The notes beneath the pieces are model-generated. The model did no database searches. It worked only from the letters and a program-made list of their open reading frames with translations, and had not been told where the DNA came from. Below, one piece after another: positions 9,230 to 19,359 of a stretch of DNA of 64,000 nucleotides. The DNA comes from Bryobacterales bacterium (GTDB lineage: Bacteria; Acidobacteriota; Terriglobia; Bryobacterales; UBA6623), in NCBI GenBank assembly GCA_963422375.2, contig OY729428.2, positions 3,328,001 through 3,392,000 of the forward strand, in the 5' to 3' direction. A program made the translations under genes and the position numbers. Within the stretch, counting starts at the first letter, position 1. The number at the start of each line of letters is the position of its first letter.

Positions 9230-9538
9230 GCCTCTCAGTAGGCAGCTTCTCGCGTCCCCCTCCCTCCGCCAACCGCCGCTGCCGACAGGTGCAGCTCGAC
9301 GGCATCGTCGCCAAGGGCGGCGGTCCGTCCTGCTTCGCGGGGCGGGTACAGCGGCTCGAACTGCCAGACCTCGCTGGGTACCGCGCCTAAGCCCCTCACA
9401 ATCATCTCCTCCGAGCCTGCCCGGCCTCCCGCCGCAGGTATTGCAGCATTGACCGGGCTGGCCGCGGCACGGATTCCCTCTGCAAGTATCGGCGGCCTGC
9501 GTTAAGCAACGGCCGAATCGTGCAGCTAGGATCATCGC

Positions 9539-9740
9539 ATGCAGGTTGCCCGCTCTCCGGTTGCGCACGGAGAACGGGGCATCTGCGGCGGGGTGCCAGT
9601 CATCGTCGGAACCCGCCTGCCGGCAGCCTCGCTGTTCGACCACCCGGAAATGCGAGACGCTCGAGCACTTTCCGGACCTGCCTCCCTCCGTTTCTCCAGA
9701 CCATGCACGTGCCTCGCTCGTAATCGCTCGAAGCCCCGTT
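9539..9740 (+). pseudogene. DUF433-family antitoxin, frameshifted
   Basis: ICGGVPVIVGTRLPAASLFD followed by LEHFPDL in another frame. Confidence 0.65.
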
Positions 9741-9744
9741 CAAG

Positions 9745-10026
9745 GGCTTTCACGTTGTGCTGGACGAGAACCTTCCACGGGCTCTCGTCGCTGAATTGGC
9801 GGGACACGGTGCGACTGCAGTGCAGGCCGCGGGCTGGTCTGGAATCAAGAACGGACCACTGCTTCGACGGGCCAACGAGCAATTCGACGATTCAGGGACC
9901 ATGGACCGAAGTCCGCCCTGCCGCCGGAGCCTCGCGGACCTGCACAGCGGCCTCCTTGTCGTCCGGGCTCCGTCGAACCGCATGGCGGATCTCGCTGTCT
10001 GCACCTTACCGAGACGACCAATCTAG
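9745..10026 (+). pseudogene. DUF5615-type PIN-like toxin, degenerate
   Basis: LLDENLPRAL...GWSGIKNGPLLRRA..QFD...TMDRS...VVRAPSNRMADL. Confidence 0.7.
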
Positions 10027-10119
10027 CCGAGCTGGCGCGGAGTCAAGGCCGCACCCTCGCACGGCCCGCGACGGTTTCGCGAAGAGATGCGCAGGACACT
10101 GGCGACGCTCGCACGCAGC

Positions 10120-11706
10120 CTATTCGGAGAGATCGACGCGAATTCCCCGGCGGGCATCGCTGTCGGTCCGAGCGTTCGCTGCCGGAACCGCGATTCGACT
10201 CGCGTCGCGCAGGGACCGGACACTGGGCGTCATGATCTCCACGCCAGCGTCGTGAAGGGCGTCGAGCACGCTGCGACGAAGCGCCGACAATGTGGGTCCC
10301 ATCATGTCCGCGCGGTCCGTATGGGCGTGAAGCTCGTACACCACCGCGAAGTCCCCGAGCGCTTTGGGCCACACGTAAGGCTCGGGGGCGTCCAAGATTC
10401 CCGGCGTCTTCGACGCGGCCTCCTTCAGCAGCCTCTCAACCTCGCTCCAATGCACGTCGTAGCCCAACCCGACCTCGATTGACAGGACAAGTTCGCGCCG
10501 CTTGGCTGCGTTGCTGAAGTTGACCACGTGGCCGCCGAGAACTATGCTGTTCGGAATGGTGATCTCCTCGTTCTTCCTGGTCCGCAGTCGAGTCACGAAC
10601 AGCGTCCTCGCCAGGACGTCACCGACCGCTTCCCCGATCCGCACTCGATCACCGATTCGAAACGCCCCGGCGTAGGTCAGGATCACCCCCGACACTAAGT
10701 TGCCTATGGCCCCGGTGGAGCCGAGCGTGACAATGGCACCGACGAAGACCGAGAAGCCTTGGAAAAATTTCGACCCAGAGCCGGGAAGATACGGATACGC
10801 GGTCATCAGGGCGAAGACCACCGCGAGCGCCCGGAGAAGCTTGTAGGTCGGATCCGCCCATTCCGGCTCGAATCGGCCGAATACCAGATCGCCTCTGCCG
10901 ACTGCGTCGAAGATAAACCGAAGCAACTTGAGGGAGTATTTGACTGCGAATACAATGAGAATCAGATAAATTAAATTGGGAATATAGCCGAGTACATGAT
11001 TGAAAATGTCGACTGAAGGCCGTGATATATATTGAAATATTTGGTCTCCTACAGGTGCTGTATATGGGAAGAAACTTAGGATAAGAGAAAGATAAACGTA
11101 GGCGATTAATGCCACAAGAAGCCATCTTGATGTGCGAACTATCACTAAGGATAAATCGCGAATTCGATCGCGACTGACCAGATCAAATCCCCGGAATCTA
11201 ATCGTTCTATCCGCTCCGGACCAGCGATTCATTCCTTGGGTAACTGCACTCACAATCCAACGGAGAAAATGAAACACTATTACCAAGGAACCAGTTGCAA
11301 GTGCAGTACGGAAAATGCCGAATAGAATTCCTTTCATTTGTTCGCTTTCCGCTGGGTTAACTGAGTCCAATAGCTCAGCAAACCGACTTGCCAAGGCGAG
11401 CCAGATGCCGCTGAACAGGCCACCCCCCAAAATGAAGGCCGCGTAGACAGACAGCTTGCGCAAGCGATCCCTGCGTGCCGGGTCCTTCACCCGCGGGAGG
11501 ATCGCCGCTATTGCTGCCCACCAGATCGCCCACGTTACAACGGCGGCTAGAAGAGGCAGCAGGACGAGGTCCTGAACCACAGGACTCAATCCTAAGTTGG
11601 CGTGCAGCCACTCCTGCAATGCGTACACGGATTCCTCGGGTCCGAGTATAGCGAAGTCGATCCAGATCGGGAGGTCCGCCAAGAATAGCCGGACGCGACT
11701 GTGCAA
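10120..11706 (-). CDS. Mechanosensitive ion channel, MscS family
   Basis: GSTGAIGNLVSGVILTY..AFRIGDRVRIG...TRLRTRKNEEITIPNS; C-terminal GVEIMTP. Confidence 0.9.
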   Translation of the reverse strand: MHSRVRLFLADLPIWIDFAILGPEESVYALQEWLHANLGLSPVVQDLVLLPLLAAVVTWAIWWAAIAAILPRVKDPARRDRLRKLSVYAAFILGGGLFSGIWLALASRFAELLDSVNPAESEQMKGILFGIFRTALATGSLVIVFHFLRWIVSAVTQGMNRWSGADRTIRFRGFDLVSRDRIRDLSLVIVRTSRWLLVALIAYVYLSLILSFFPYTAPVGDQIFQYISRPSVDIFNHVLGYIPNLIYLILIVFAVKYSLKLLRFIFDAVGRGDLVFGRFEPEWADPTYKLLRALAVVFALMTAYPYLPGSGSKFFQGFSVFVGAIVTLGSTGAIGNLVSGVILTYAGAFRIGDRVRIGEAVGDVLARTLFVTRLRTRKNEEITIPNSIVLGGHVVNFSNAAKRRELVLSIEVGLGYDVHWSEVERLLKEAASKTPGILDAPEPYVWPKALGDFAVVYELHAHTDRADMMGPTLSALRRSVLDALHDAGVEIMTPSVRSLRDASRIAVPAANARTDSDARRGIRVDLSE

Positions 11707-12010
11707 CGGGGAGCCCTCCGGCAGGGCTTCGGCTCCTCTTCGGAGAATCCCAGGACTAGGGACGGCCGGGCACGGACATCAGCCTTACCCTTCTCGGGAT
11801 AGTTCCGGCCACTCCGGCGTCTGCGCGCAGGAAGGAGTTGCCGACCGGACGAAAGCGGCCGGAATGCGGCCACGGCACCCCGTTCGGAATCCAAGACGAC
11901 GGTCCCGAGGTCGTGGATCGTAAACCTGCGCGGTTCGTTCCCGGTCCCGCCCGATGCACGCGGCCCGCCGAGCGAGGGCAGAGATCGGAATGCCCACGGA
12001 AAGAGCGAGC

Positions 12011-13417
12011 CTAGGTTCGCTCCACCCGGTACGCGTAGCGGTCCCGTGCGGCGCGCAGATACCGCAGGACTTCGCCGTCCAGCTCGCTCATCAGGGCACC
12101 CCGCGACGGATCGTCGGCGAGATTGCGCTGCTGGTAGGGATCCTCCCGGTTGTCATACAGGCACCAGCGCCCGATCTCGCCGCATGCGTAGGTGTAGCGC
12201 GGCGTGCGGATGCCTCGGAACAGCGGAGCCGCGTGGTTCATCCCGCCGCTCGCATGGGACTTGGCTATGTGCATCAGGAACTGGTGCTCGGGCCCGTCCA
12301 GCGGCTCGCCGCGCACCACCGCGGAGAGATCGCGGCCCGCGCAGCCCGCGGGAACGGGAATCCCCGCAAGCCCGCACAACGTGGGATACAGATCGATCGC
12401 CCCGAGCATGACGTCGCTGCTGCGCCCGGCGGGCGCGCCGGGCGCGCGCACCACGAACGGCACGCGGCAGGACTCGTCGTGCGGCAAGCGCTTGCCCATG
12501 CGGTTCTGCGCCCCCAGCATCTCGCCGTGGTCCGAGGTGTAGACAACGATCGTGTCGTCGGCCAGCCCGATGCGGTCCAAGCAGGCAGACAGCCTGCCGA
12601 TCTCGATGTCGACCCCCTCCACGTGGGCGTTGTAGCCGACCAGGTCCTCGCGCACGCTGCGACCCCGGCCTCCGACGCCACGCGTCACGCTCTCCACCGC
12701 GTTCGGCCTGAGCCGCAGGTCGCCCGGCGGGTAGTTCCGCATCAGTTCTTGAGGGGCGTCGCCGAACGGGGGATGCGGCGGGTTCAGCGACAGCACGAGC
12801 ATCCACGGGCGGTGCCGATTGCGCTCGACAAAGTCGATCGCGTCGTCCGTCATCAGCGTGGCGTTGTACCCGGCCGGAACCTGCTGGCGACCGCTCGCGC
12901 GGTGGAACGTGTGCGAGCGGTCGAAATGCGGGTTGGTGTTGTACCAGGCCCGCCATTCGGCGAAGCCGTGACGCGCCTCTCCCGCCGGCTTCAGCGCGTG
13001 GCCCTCCGCGCCGCGCGCGTCCAAGTGCCACTTGCCGACGTAGCCCGTGTGGTATCCGGCGTCCCGGAAGGCCTCGCCCAGGCTGTACTCGTTCCGGCGC
13101 AGCTCGTGGGAATTGTCGACAATGCCGGTCTGGAACGGCCAGCGGCCCGTCATGAGGATGCCGCGATACGGGGAGCAAACGGGGTAGTTCGAAATGCAGT
13201 GCGTGAACGTCGTGCCTTGCGAGGCCACCCTGACCAAGGACGGCATAGCCGCGTCGTTGTACTCCTCGCCCGGCATGGTGCAGGCGCGGTGCTGGTCGCT
13301 GAAGACGAAGAGCAGGTTCGGCTTGCGCGACGCCTGGGCGCGCGCGGCGCCGGCGGAGGCGCCGACTGCGGCCAAGCCCTGCAGAACTTCCCTCCGCGTC
13401 GGATTCTGCGCTACCAT
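12011..13417 (-). CDS. Sulfatase with Tat signal peptide
   Basis: TRREVL twin-arginine, PNLLFVFSDQH, CSPYR (CxPxR), GKWHL, SDHG. Confidence 0.92.
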   Translation of the reverse strand: MVAQNPTRREVLQGLAAVGASAGAARAQASRKPNLLFVFSDQHRACTMPGEEYNDAAMPSLVRVASQGTTFTHCISNYPVCSPYRGILMTGRWPFQTGIVDNSHELRRNEYSLGEAFRDAGYHTGYVGKWHLDARGAEGHALKPAGEARHGFAEWRAWYNTNPHFDRSHTFHRASGRQQVPAGYNATLMTDDAIDFVERNRHRPWMLVLSLNPPHPPFGDAPQELMRNYPPGDLRLRPNAVESVTRGVGGRGRSVREDLVGYNAHVEGVDIEIGRLSACLDRIGLADDTIVVYTSDHGEMLGAQNRMGKRLPHDESCRVPFVVRAPGAPAGRSSDVMLGAIDLYPTLCGLAGIPVPAGCAGRDLSAVVRGEPLDGPEHQFLMHIAKSHASGGMNHAAPLFRGIRTPRYTYACGEIGRWCLYDNREDPYQQRNLADDPSRGALMSELDGEVLRYLRAARDRYAYRVERT

Positions 13418-13501
13418 TGCGTTGGTATTCTACCAGCGATTCAGCGGGCCGGCGTCCCTTCCGCAAACAGCATCGACCAAGGGCGGGAATACTGAGCGTT
13501 C

Positions 13502-14314
13502 ATGCCGTCGGCGGAGAGCGAGGCGCTGGTCCTGCGCAACTTCCCCTTCAGCGAGGCGGACTTGATCGTCAGCTTCTTCACGCGCGAGCGCGGGAAGCTG
13601 CGGGGCACGGCCAAGGCGGTGCGCCGACCGAAGGCCAACTTCGGCGTCGCGCTCGAGCGCATGGCGCACTCGCGCGTCTACTACCGCTACAAGGAGAATT
13701 CGGAACTCGTCTGGATCCAGCGCGCCGAGCTGGTCGGACCGCCGAATCTCTGGAAGGCAGGTTACGCCCCGAGCGTCATCCTCGACGTCATCGCGGAGAC
13801 GTCCGACCAGATCCTGCCCCAGAACGAGGCCTACGACGCCTACTTCCGCTTGCTGAGACTCGTCGTCGAGGAGTTCCGGCGCGGCATCGAGCGCGGCGGG
13901 CCGTCGGACGCAGTGCCCCCCTGGGCGCATCGCGCGCTGGTGTATTTCCTTCTCTGGACCGCGCGCCTCGGCGGCTGGCTGCCGCCCCTCGACCGCTGCA
14001 TCGAATCGGACCGGCCGTTCGCGCGAGACGAGCCGGCCTATTTCAACCCGCGAAGGGACGGCCTCTTCTCCGCGGACTTCAGGGACGGCGACTCGTGGAC
14101 GATTCCGGCGGAATCGCGGTCGTTGGCCGCCTACATGCTCCGGAACCGGCCGGAGCGGATGGACGATATCGAGTGGCCCGAGGCGGCCGCATACGAGCTG
14201 CAGCGGTTCCTGCTGCAACGGACCCAGGCGCAGATCGAGGGACGGTTGCGAGGTCTCGAAGCGCTGCGGGCCCTCTGGGACGACTCGGCAGGGGTGCCCG
14301 CCGAGCCGGGCTAG
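13502..14314 (+). CDS. recO: DNA repair protein RecO
   Basis: EALVLR..FSEADLIVSFFTRERGKLRG.AK.VRRPK; YFLLW.ARLGGWLPPLDRC. Confidence 0.88.
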   Translation: MPSAESEALVLRNFPFSEADLIVSFFTRERGKLRGTAKAVRRPKANFGVALERMAHSRVYYRYKENSELVWIQRAELVGPPNLWKAGYAPSVILDVIAETSDQILPQNEAYDAYFRLLRLVVEEFRRGIERGGPSDAVPPWAHRALVYFLLWTARLGGWLPPLDRCIESDRPFARDEPAYFNPRRDGLFSADFRDGDSWTIPAESRSLAAYMLRNRPERMDDIEWPEAAAYELQRFLLQRTQAQIEGRLRGLEALRALWDDSAGVPAEPG

Positions 14315-15252
14315 TCCGGGGCGGACGCGGATTCCGCGGGTCCGCGGCGGGCGACGCTGCCCCGTCCGAGCAGCAGGGCGGTCTTCTCGCGGTCCCGCAA
14401 TACCTCGACGGGAATGTCGCCGTCGCCGTCCCACGCCCGCATTGCCCGCGCGACGTCGCGCGGTTCGCGGACGGAGCGTTCGCCGACAGAGAGAATCAGG
14501 TCGCCCGCGCGCAATCCCGCCTCCTGCGCGGGAGAGCCGTCGCGCACATGCCGAACGAGCACGCCCTCCGCGGCCCCGAGGAATCGCGCCAGCTGGCCCT
14601 CGACGCCCTCCAGCTCGGCACCGATCCCGTGGCTGGTCAGGGCGATACGCACCGTCGGCAGCCCGATGGCCGGGCAGTCCTCGCAGATCCCCTTCTCGGC
14701 GAGCAGCTTGCGCAGCTCGTCAAGTTGCTCGCGAACCGCGGACTCCACGCTTCTCGCGACGTCCTCCGCCGCTTCCTTGGCCGCGGCCGCGCGATCCGGC
14801 TCCGTTCCAAGGCGGCGCCAAGCGTCTTCGAGCGCGCCGCGAACGGTCGCGGCACGGTCACGTCCCGCGATCTCGACGCGGACCGAGCGGCGCTCCCGTC
14901 CACGCATCACACCCAGTTCGACGACGTTGCCCACGGGCGTCTCGCGGACCAGGCGCGCGAAATGCTGGATCCCGTGAACCCGCTCGCCGCGGTAGGTGAC
15001 CACGACGTCACCGGGCTCCAGCCCGCCCCGCTCGGCCGGGCTGCCGCTGGCGACGCTGCTGATTTCCACTCCGTGCGCGTCGAGCAGTCCGATCTCGTGC
15101 GCGACGTCGGGTCCGACCTCCATGATGCCGACGCCGACGTAACTTGTCGGCGCGAGAAGCACCAGGCCGCGCGGAAGCGGGGCGGCCCAGCCGACGAGCG
15201 CCGTCGCCAGCACGCCGGCGGCGGCGCGGAACAGAATGCGATTTCTCCCCAT
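14311..15252 (-). CDS. Exported tandem-PDZ-domain protein
   Basis: Signal-like N-terminus; two PDZ motifs (SVASGSPAERGGLEPGDVV; HVRDGSPAQEAGLRAGDLI); no protease domain seen. Confidence 0.8.
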   Translation of the reverse strand: MGRNRILFRAAAGVLATALVGWAAPLPRGLVLLAPTSYVGVGIMEVGPDVAHEIGLLDAHGVEISSVASGSPAERGGLEPGDVVVTYRGERVHGIQHFARLVRETPVGNVVELGVMRGRERRSVRVEIAGRDRAATVRGALEDAWRRLGTEPDRAAAAKEAAEDVARSVESAVREQLDELRKLLAEKGICEDCPAIGLPTVRIALTSHGIGAELEGVEGQLARFLGAAEGVLVRHVRDGSPAQEAGLRAGDLILSVGERSVREPRDVARAMRAWDGDGDIPVEVLRDREKTALLLGRGSVARRGPAESASAPD

Positions 15253-15281
15253 GTCTCCACTAGGGCAGCCGGGCGCGCCGA

Positions 15282-16523
15282 CTACCTCTGCCTCCGAATC
15301 TCGATCCGCCCGATGCGGGTTCCCAGGCGCAGCAGCGCCCCTCCGCCGTTGAGCGAGCCCGAGGCTTCCGCCCTCCCCAGCAGCCCCGACGAGCGGCGCA
15401 CGCGGATCTCCGGAAAGTCGCTCACGATGCCGCGCCGGCCGCCGAACATCTGCATCGCGGCCTCGACCGTCACCGCCAAGGTCTCGGGGAGCTCGACGAA
15501 GAGATCCCCAACCTCGGTCGACAGGACCGAATCGCGCAGCGGGTAGCGTCCGTCGAGCGAGACCGCGATGTTGCCGGTGAGGCTGATCGCCGTCAAGGCC
15601 CCGGCCACGCGCCCGATCCAAATGTCGCCCGCCAAGGCCTCGGCTACGATCCCGTTCAGGGCCTCGGTCACCTGGATCGATCCGCTGCCCGTCTCGGCAC
15701 GCAGCATGCCACCGACACGCCCAATCCGGATGCTCCCGGCCGAGGCCTCGGCTACGATCCCGTCCAGGGCCTCGGTCACCTGGATCGATCCGCTGCCCGT
15801 CTCGGCACGCAGCATGCCACCGACATGCTCGATCCGGATGCTGCCGGCCCCGGTCCGCAGGACCGCGTTCCGGCTGACCATGTCCACCCGGACGCTTCCA
15901 ACTTCCGTCTCGAGCTGCACCGGGCCGTCGGCTTGCTTCAGTTCGATGCGCCCCGCTTTGGTCTTGCAGAAAACCGAGCCGCCGACGGCGCCCAGCGTGA
16001 TCCTGCCGCTCGCCGTCGCGGAGACCTTCGAGCCGATCGCGTCCATCTCGACAGAACCCCCAGCCGCTTCGGCCGCCACGGCGCCGAGAAAGCCCCTGAC
16101 CACGATGTCCCCGCCCTGCGTGGCAAGATCGAGTTCCGCCATGTCCTCGGGCACGGAGACCTCGAGGCGCGCCAGGACCCGGCACCCTTCGCAGCTCGGT
16201 CGGCGGAGCGTCAGTCCCGCCGCCCCGTCCGGCAGCGTCCTGGCATCAATGCCCGAGACGCCGAATGCCGCGCGCACGGGCGCGAAGTCCGCCGCGGCCG
16301 AGCGCGCACGGAATCGCGCGACGTAGCGGATGACCGCAGCGGCCTCGCCGGTGACGACCAAATCCCCGCTCGTCCGGACCACGAGGCGCTCCGAACCCGG
16401 CAGCTCGCCGGCCCGCACCTGCAGCCACTGGCGGCCGGACGGCTGCGCGCCGGCCCGCGCCGGGACCGCGCAGGCGGCGAGACACGCGGCCAGAGGAACC
16501 AGCCAGAGACGCCAGGCCTGCAT
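15282..16523 (-). CDS. DUF4097 (putative adhesin) beta-strand repeat protein
   Basis: Signal peptide plus repeated T..G.I.V..V.G units. Confidence 0.8.
   Translation of the reverse strand: MQAWRLWLVPLAACLAACAVPARAGAQPSGRQWLQVRAGELPGSERLVVRTSGDLVVTGEAAAVIRYVARFRARSAAADFAPVRAAFGVSGIDARTLPDGAAGLTLRRPSCEGCRVLARLEVSVPEDMAELDLATQGGDIVVRGFLGAVAAEAAGGSVEMDAIGSKVSATASGRITLGAVGGSVFCKTKAGRIELKQADGPVQLETEVGSVRVDMVSRNAVLRTGAGSIRIEHVGGMLRAETGSGSIQVTEALDGIVAEASAGSIRIGRVGGMLRAETGSGSIQVTEALNGIVAEALAGDIWIGRVAGALTAISLTGNIAVSLDGRYPLRDSVLSTEVGDLFVELPETLAVTVEAAMQMFGGRRGIVSDFPEIRVRRSSGLLGRAEASGSLNGGGALLRLGTRIGRIEIRRQR
15635..15850 (-). repeat. 108-bp (36-aa) near-identical tandem duplication in the DUF4097 gene
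   Basis: 15635-15717 and 15743-15825 differ at one base. Confidence 0.9.
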
Positions 16524-16545
16524 CGAACCGACCGCCCTCACCGGA

Positions 16546-17511
16546 TCAGTAGCGCTCCATCGACGCGCCCAGCGCGTCGAGTATCCGCAACGTCTCTTGC
16601 AGCACGAGCGGGTCCGACTCGCGCTCGACGAGCTCCTGCAGGGGCCCGGCCACGTCGCGGCCCGGATGCTCGCGCAGCAGCTGGATGGCGTGGACGCGCA
16701 TGCCGGGGTCGCGGTCGCGGTGCAGCGTCTGCACCAGCGCCTCGCGCACGTCGGGCTGCGAGGCGTAGTCCTCCACCGCTTCGAAGGCCTTGAGCCGCAC
16801 CCCCACATCGTCGTCCCCCAGCATGATCTGCAGCATGGCCTCGCGAACGTCCCGGTCCGAAGCCTGCACGCGCAGCGCATCGAGCGAGGTCAGCCGGGCC
16901 CCGGCGTGGGCCCCCTGCACCGTGTCGAGCAGCATGCCCCGGATCGTCGGATCCGAGGAGACCCCGCTGATGGCCCGGCGCTCCTCGATGACGATTCGCA
17001 CCCGGTCGCTGACCGGATCGAGTCTGACAGCCTCGATGCCTGTCAGCGTGCGGTCGGCGGCCGCTGCGGGCGCAGACAAGGAGTGAAGGAAAGCGCGGGG
17101 CGAGAACGCCCGCCCCGCGAGAAATCCGATCGCCAGCATGGCCGTCGCGCCGACGGCCTGCCATGCGAGGGGCCGCGCCGCCATCCAGGCCGCCACCCGG
17201 CTCCTGGCGGCGGAGGCCCGGGCCAGCAGGGACCGGCGCCGGCACGGCGCCGGCACCTCAGCCACGGCACGGCCCAGCGCCTCGCGGCACGAATCTAGCA
17301 GCGGCTCCGGCTCCGGCCCGAGGGCGGACGCACTCAGGGATTCCAGGAACGCCCGCTCGTCGAGGAACAGCTCCCGGAACTCCGGATCCTGCTCGAGCCA
17401 GCAGTCGATCTCGCTGCGCTCGGCGAAGCCGAGCTCGCCGTAGAGATAGAGCTGGATGCGCCGCCTCAGCAGGTTGCTCTCGAGCGGAGGCGGCCCGTCA
17501 GGAGCGGACAT
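16546..17511 (-). CDS. Anti-sigma factor-like membrane protein with C-terminal HEAT repeats
   Basis: LYLYGEL..AER..I..WL N-terminus, one TM helix, D.D.GVRLKA / DRDPGMRVHAI repeats; overlaps the sigma gene. Confidence 0.75.
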   Translation of the reverse strand: MSAPDGPPPLESNLLRRRIQLYLYGELGFAERSEIDCWLEQDPEFRELFLDERAFLESLSASALGPEPEPLLDSCREALGRAVAEVPAPCRRRSLLARASAARSRVAAWMAARPLAWQAVGATAMLAIGFLAGRAFSPRAFLHSLSAPAAAADRTLTGIEAVRLDPVSDRVRIVIEERRAISGVSSDPTIRGMLLDTVQGAHAGARLTSLDALRVQASDRDVREAMLQIMLGDDDVGVRLKAFEAVEDYASQPDVREALVQTLHRDRDPGMRVHAIQLLREHPGRDVAGPLQELVERESDPLVLQETLRILDALGASMERY

Positions 17512-18127
17512 CGTGCAGCTCCTTGCGCAGCTTCCTCGTGGCCCTGAACAGGCTCTGCCTAGCCGCTTGCTCGCTCATGGAGGTCGCTTCGCCGATCTCG
17601 CGAAGGCGCATGCCTTCGTAGTGCCGAAGGGTGAAGACGAGCCGCTCGCGATCGGAGAGCCTTTCCATGGCCAGCTCCACGCGGTCGGAAATCTCCCCGC
17701 TGCGGGCGACCCTCTCGGGCGAGCTCGACGGACGGGCGTCCGCGGCCAGCTGCAGCGGGGAGCGGCCCTGCGCCTCCGCCGTCTCGAGCGCGCCGAACTC
17801 CGGCCGGGCCTTCCTCCGGCGAAGATGGTCGAGGCACACGTTGGTGGCGATACGGTAGATCCACGTGTTCAGGCGGCACTGGAAGCGGAAGGTGTCGAGC
17901 TTGCGGTAGACCTTGAGGAACGCGTCCTGATAGGCGTCCCGCGCGTCGTCGGGGGAGCGCAGCAGGCGCAGCGCGATGCGCAGCACTCTGCGGTCATGCA
18001 GCGCTACCAGCTGGGCGAAGGCCCGCTGGTCGCCCCGCTGCGCGGCTTCGACCAGCCGGCGCTCGGACTCGTCCGACGACGACGCCTCCAGCCCGAATCC
18101 GATTGCTTCCGCCCTTGCAGCCTCCAC
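17498..18127 (-). CDS. ECF RNA polymerase sigma factor
   Basis: DARDAYQDAFLK, TWIYRIATNVCLDHLRR, LSDRERLVFTLRHYEG..L.EIG. Confidence 0.92.
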   Translation of the reverse strand: MEAARAEAIGFGLEASSSDESERRLVEAAQRGDQRAFAQLVALHDRRVLRIALRLLRSPDDARDAYQDAFLKVYRKLDTFRFQCRLNTWIYRIATNVCLDHLRRRKARPEFGALETAEAQGRSPLQLAADARPSSSPERVARSGEISDRVELAMERLSDRERLVFTLRHYEGMRLREIGEATSMSEQAARQSLFRATRKLRKELHDVRS

Positions 18128-18202
18128 GTCGCTCCACTCCCGTAAATGATTGGACGCAGGCGAGCGCGGAAACGTGACGCGCTAGCGTGCCCGCGACGGA
18201 AT

Positions 18203-19315
18203 TCAGCAGATCCAGCCGCCGCCCACGACGAGATCGCCGTCATAGAGCACGGCGGCCTGGCCGGGAGTGACCGCGCGCTGCGGCTCGTCGAACACGACGG
18301 TGGCGCGGCCGGGGGCCCCCGCGGAGGGGCGCGCCACCGCCCAGGCGGGCTCCGCCCGGTAGCGGATCTTCATCCGGCCGCGGACCGGCCGGTCCAGCGA
18401 CGCGAAGGGGATCCAGTTGGCGTCGCGGATCTCGAACTCGCGGCGCAGGAGCGACCGCGCCGGGCCGACCACGACCGTCCGGTCGGCCGGGCGGATCTCG
18501 GTGACGTAGACCGGCCGGCCGACAGCGACGCCGAGGCCCTTGCGCTGGCCGACGGTGAAACGGTGAATGCCGCGGTGGCCGGCGAGCACCTCCCCGTCCT
18601 CGGACACCACGTCCCCCTCGCAGCTGCCTTCGGCGGCGGGCAGGCGGCTGCGGTAGCTCTCCACGAAGGCCGCGTAGTCGCCGTTGGGAACGAAGCAGAT
18701 CTCGCGGCTCTCGGGCTTGGAAGCCACGTCCAAGCCGAGTTCCCCGGCGAGACGGCGCACCTGGGGCTTGCGCATTCCCCCGAGCGGGAAGCGGCACTGC
18801 GCGAGCTGCGCCTGGGTCAGCCCGAACAGGAAGTAGGACTGGTCGCGCGACTCGTCCTTCCCTCGCAGGAGCAGGTGGCGGCCGGACTCCTCGTCGAACT
18901 CGGTCCTAGCGTAGTGCCCCGTCGCGACGGTCTCCGCGCCGACCTGACGGGCGGTCTCCAGAAATCGGTCGAACTTGAGGAAGTTGTTGCACAGCGTGCA
19001 GGGGATGGGCGTGCGCCCGGCCAGGTACTCGGACACGAAGGGCCGGACGACGCGCTCCTCGAAGCTGTCCTCGTAATTGACCACGTAGTAGGGGATGCCG
19101 AGACGCTGGGCGACCCAGCGGGCGTCGTAGACGTCGTCCAGCGAGCAGCAGCGCCCGGACGAGCCGCCCTCGGGAACGAGCTCCGGCATGCGGCGCTGGT
19201 CCCACAGCTGCATCGTCATGCCGACGATCGGCTGCGACCGCCGGTGCAGCAGGCCGGCCACGACCGAGGAATCCACCCCGCCGCTCATCGCCACCGCTAC
19301 GAGTGAGCCCGCCAC
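18203..19315 (-). CDS. mnmA: tRNA 2-thiouridylase MnmA
   Basis: [49 protein letters not shown]; start estimated. Confidence 0.95.
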   Translation of the reverse strand: MAGSLVAVAMSGGVDSSVVAGLLHRRSQPIVGMTMQLWDQRRMPELVPEGGSSGRCCSLDDVYDARWVAQRLGIPYYVVNYEDSFEERVVRPFVSEYLAGRTPIPCTLCNNFLKFDRFLETARQVGAETVATGHYARTEFDEESGRHLLLRGKDESRDQSYFLFGLTQAQLAQCRFPLGGMRKPQVRRLAGELGLDVASKPESREICFVPNGDYAAFVESYRSRLPAAEGSCEGDVVSEDGEVLAGHRGIHRFTVGQRKGLGVAVGRPVYVTEIRPADRTVVVGPARSLLRREFEIRDANWIPFASLDRPVRGRMKIRYRAEPAWAVARPSAGAPGRATVVFDEPQRAVTPGQAAVLYDGDLVVGGGWIC

Positions 19316-19359
19316 CGCTCTCAGCCTAGCGCGCCGGGCGCCCCCCGGGACGCCGGCGC

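Larger units (their letters stand above)
6046..9240. mobile_element. IS630-type terminal-repeat shell enclosing the IS1595; right end split by the composite IS
   Basis: TA-CTGAGGAGCGCAAAAGTCTT at 6046-6067; right end AAGACTTTTGCGCCT (7062-7076) plus CTCAG-TA (9234-9240). Confidence 0.75.
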
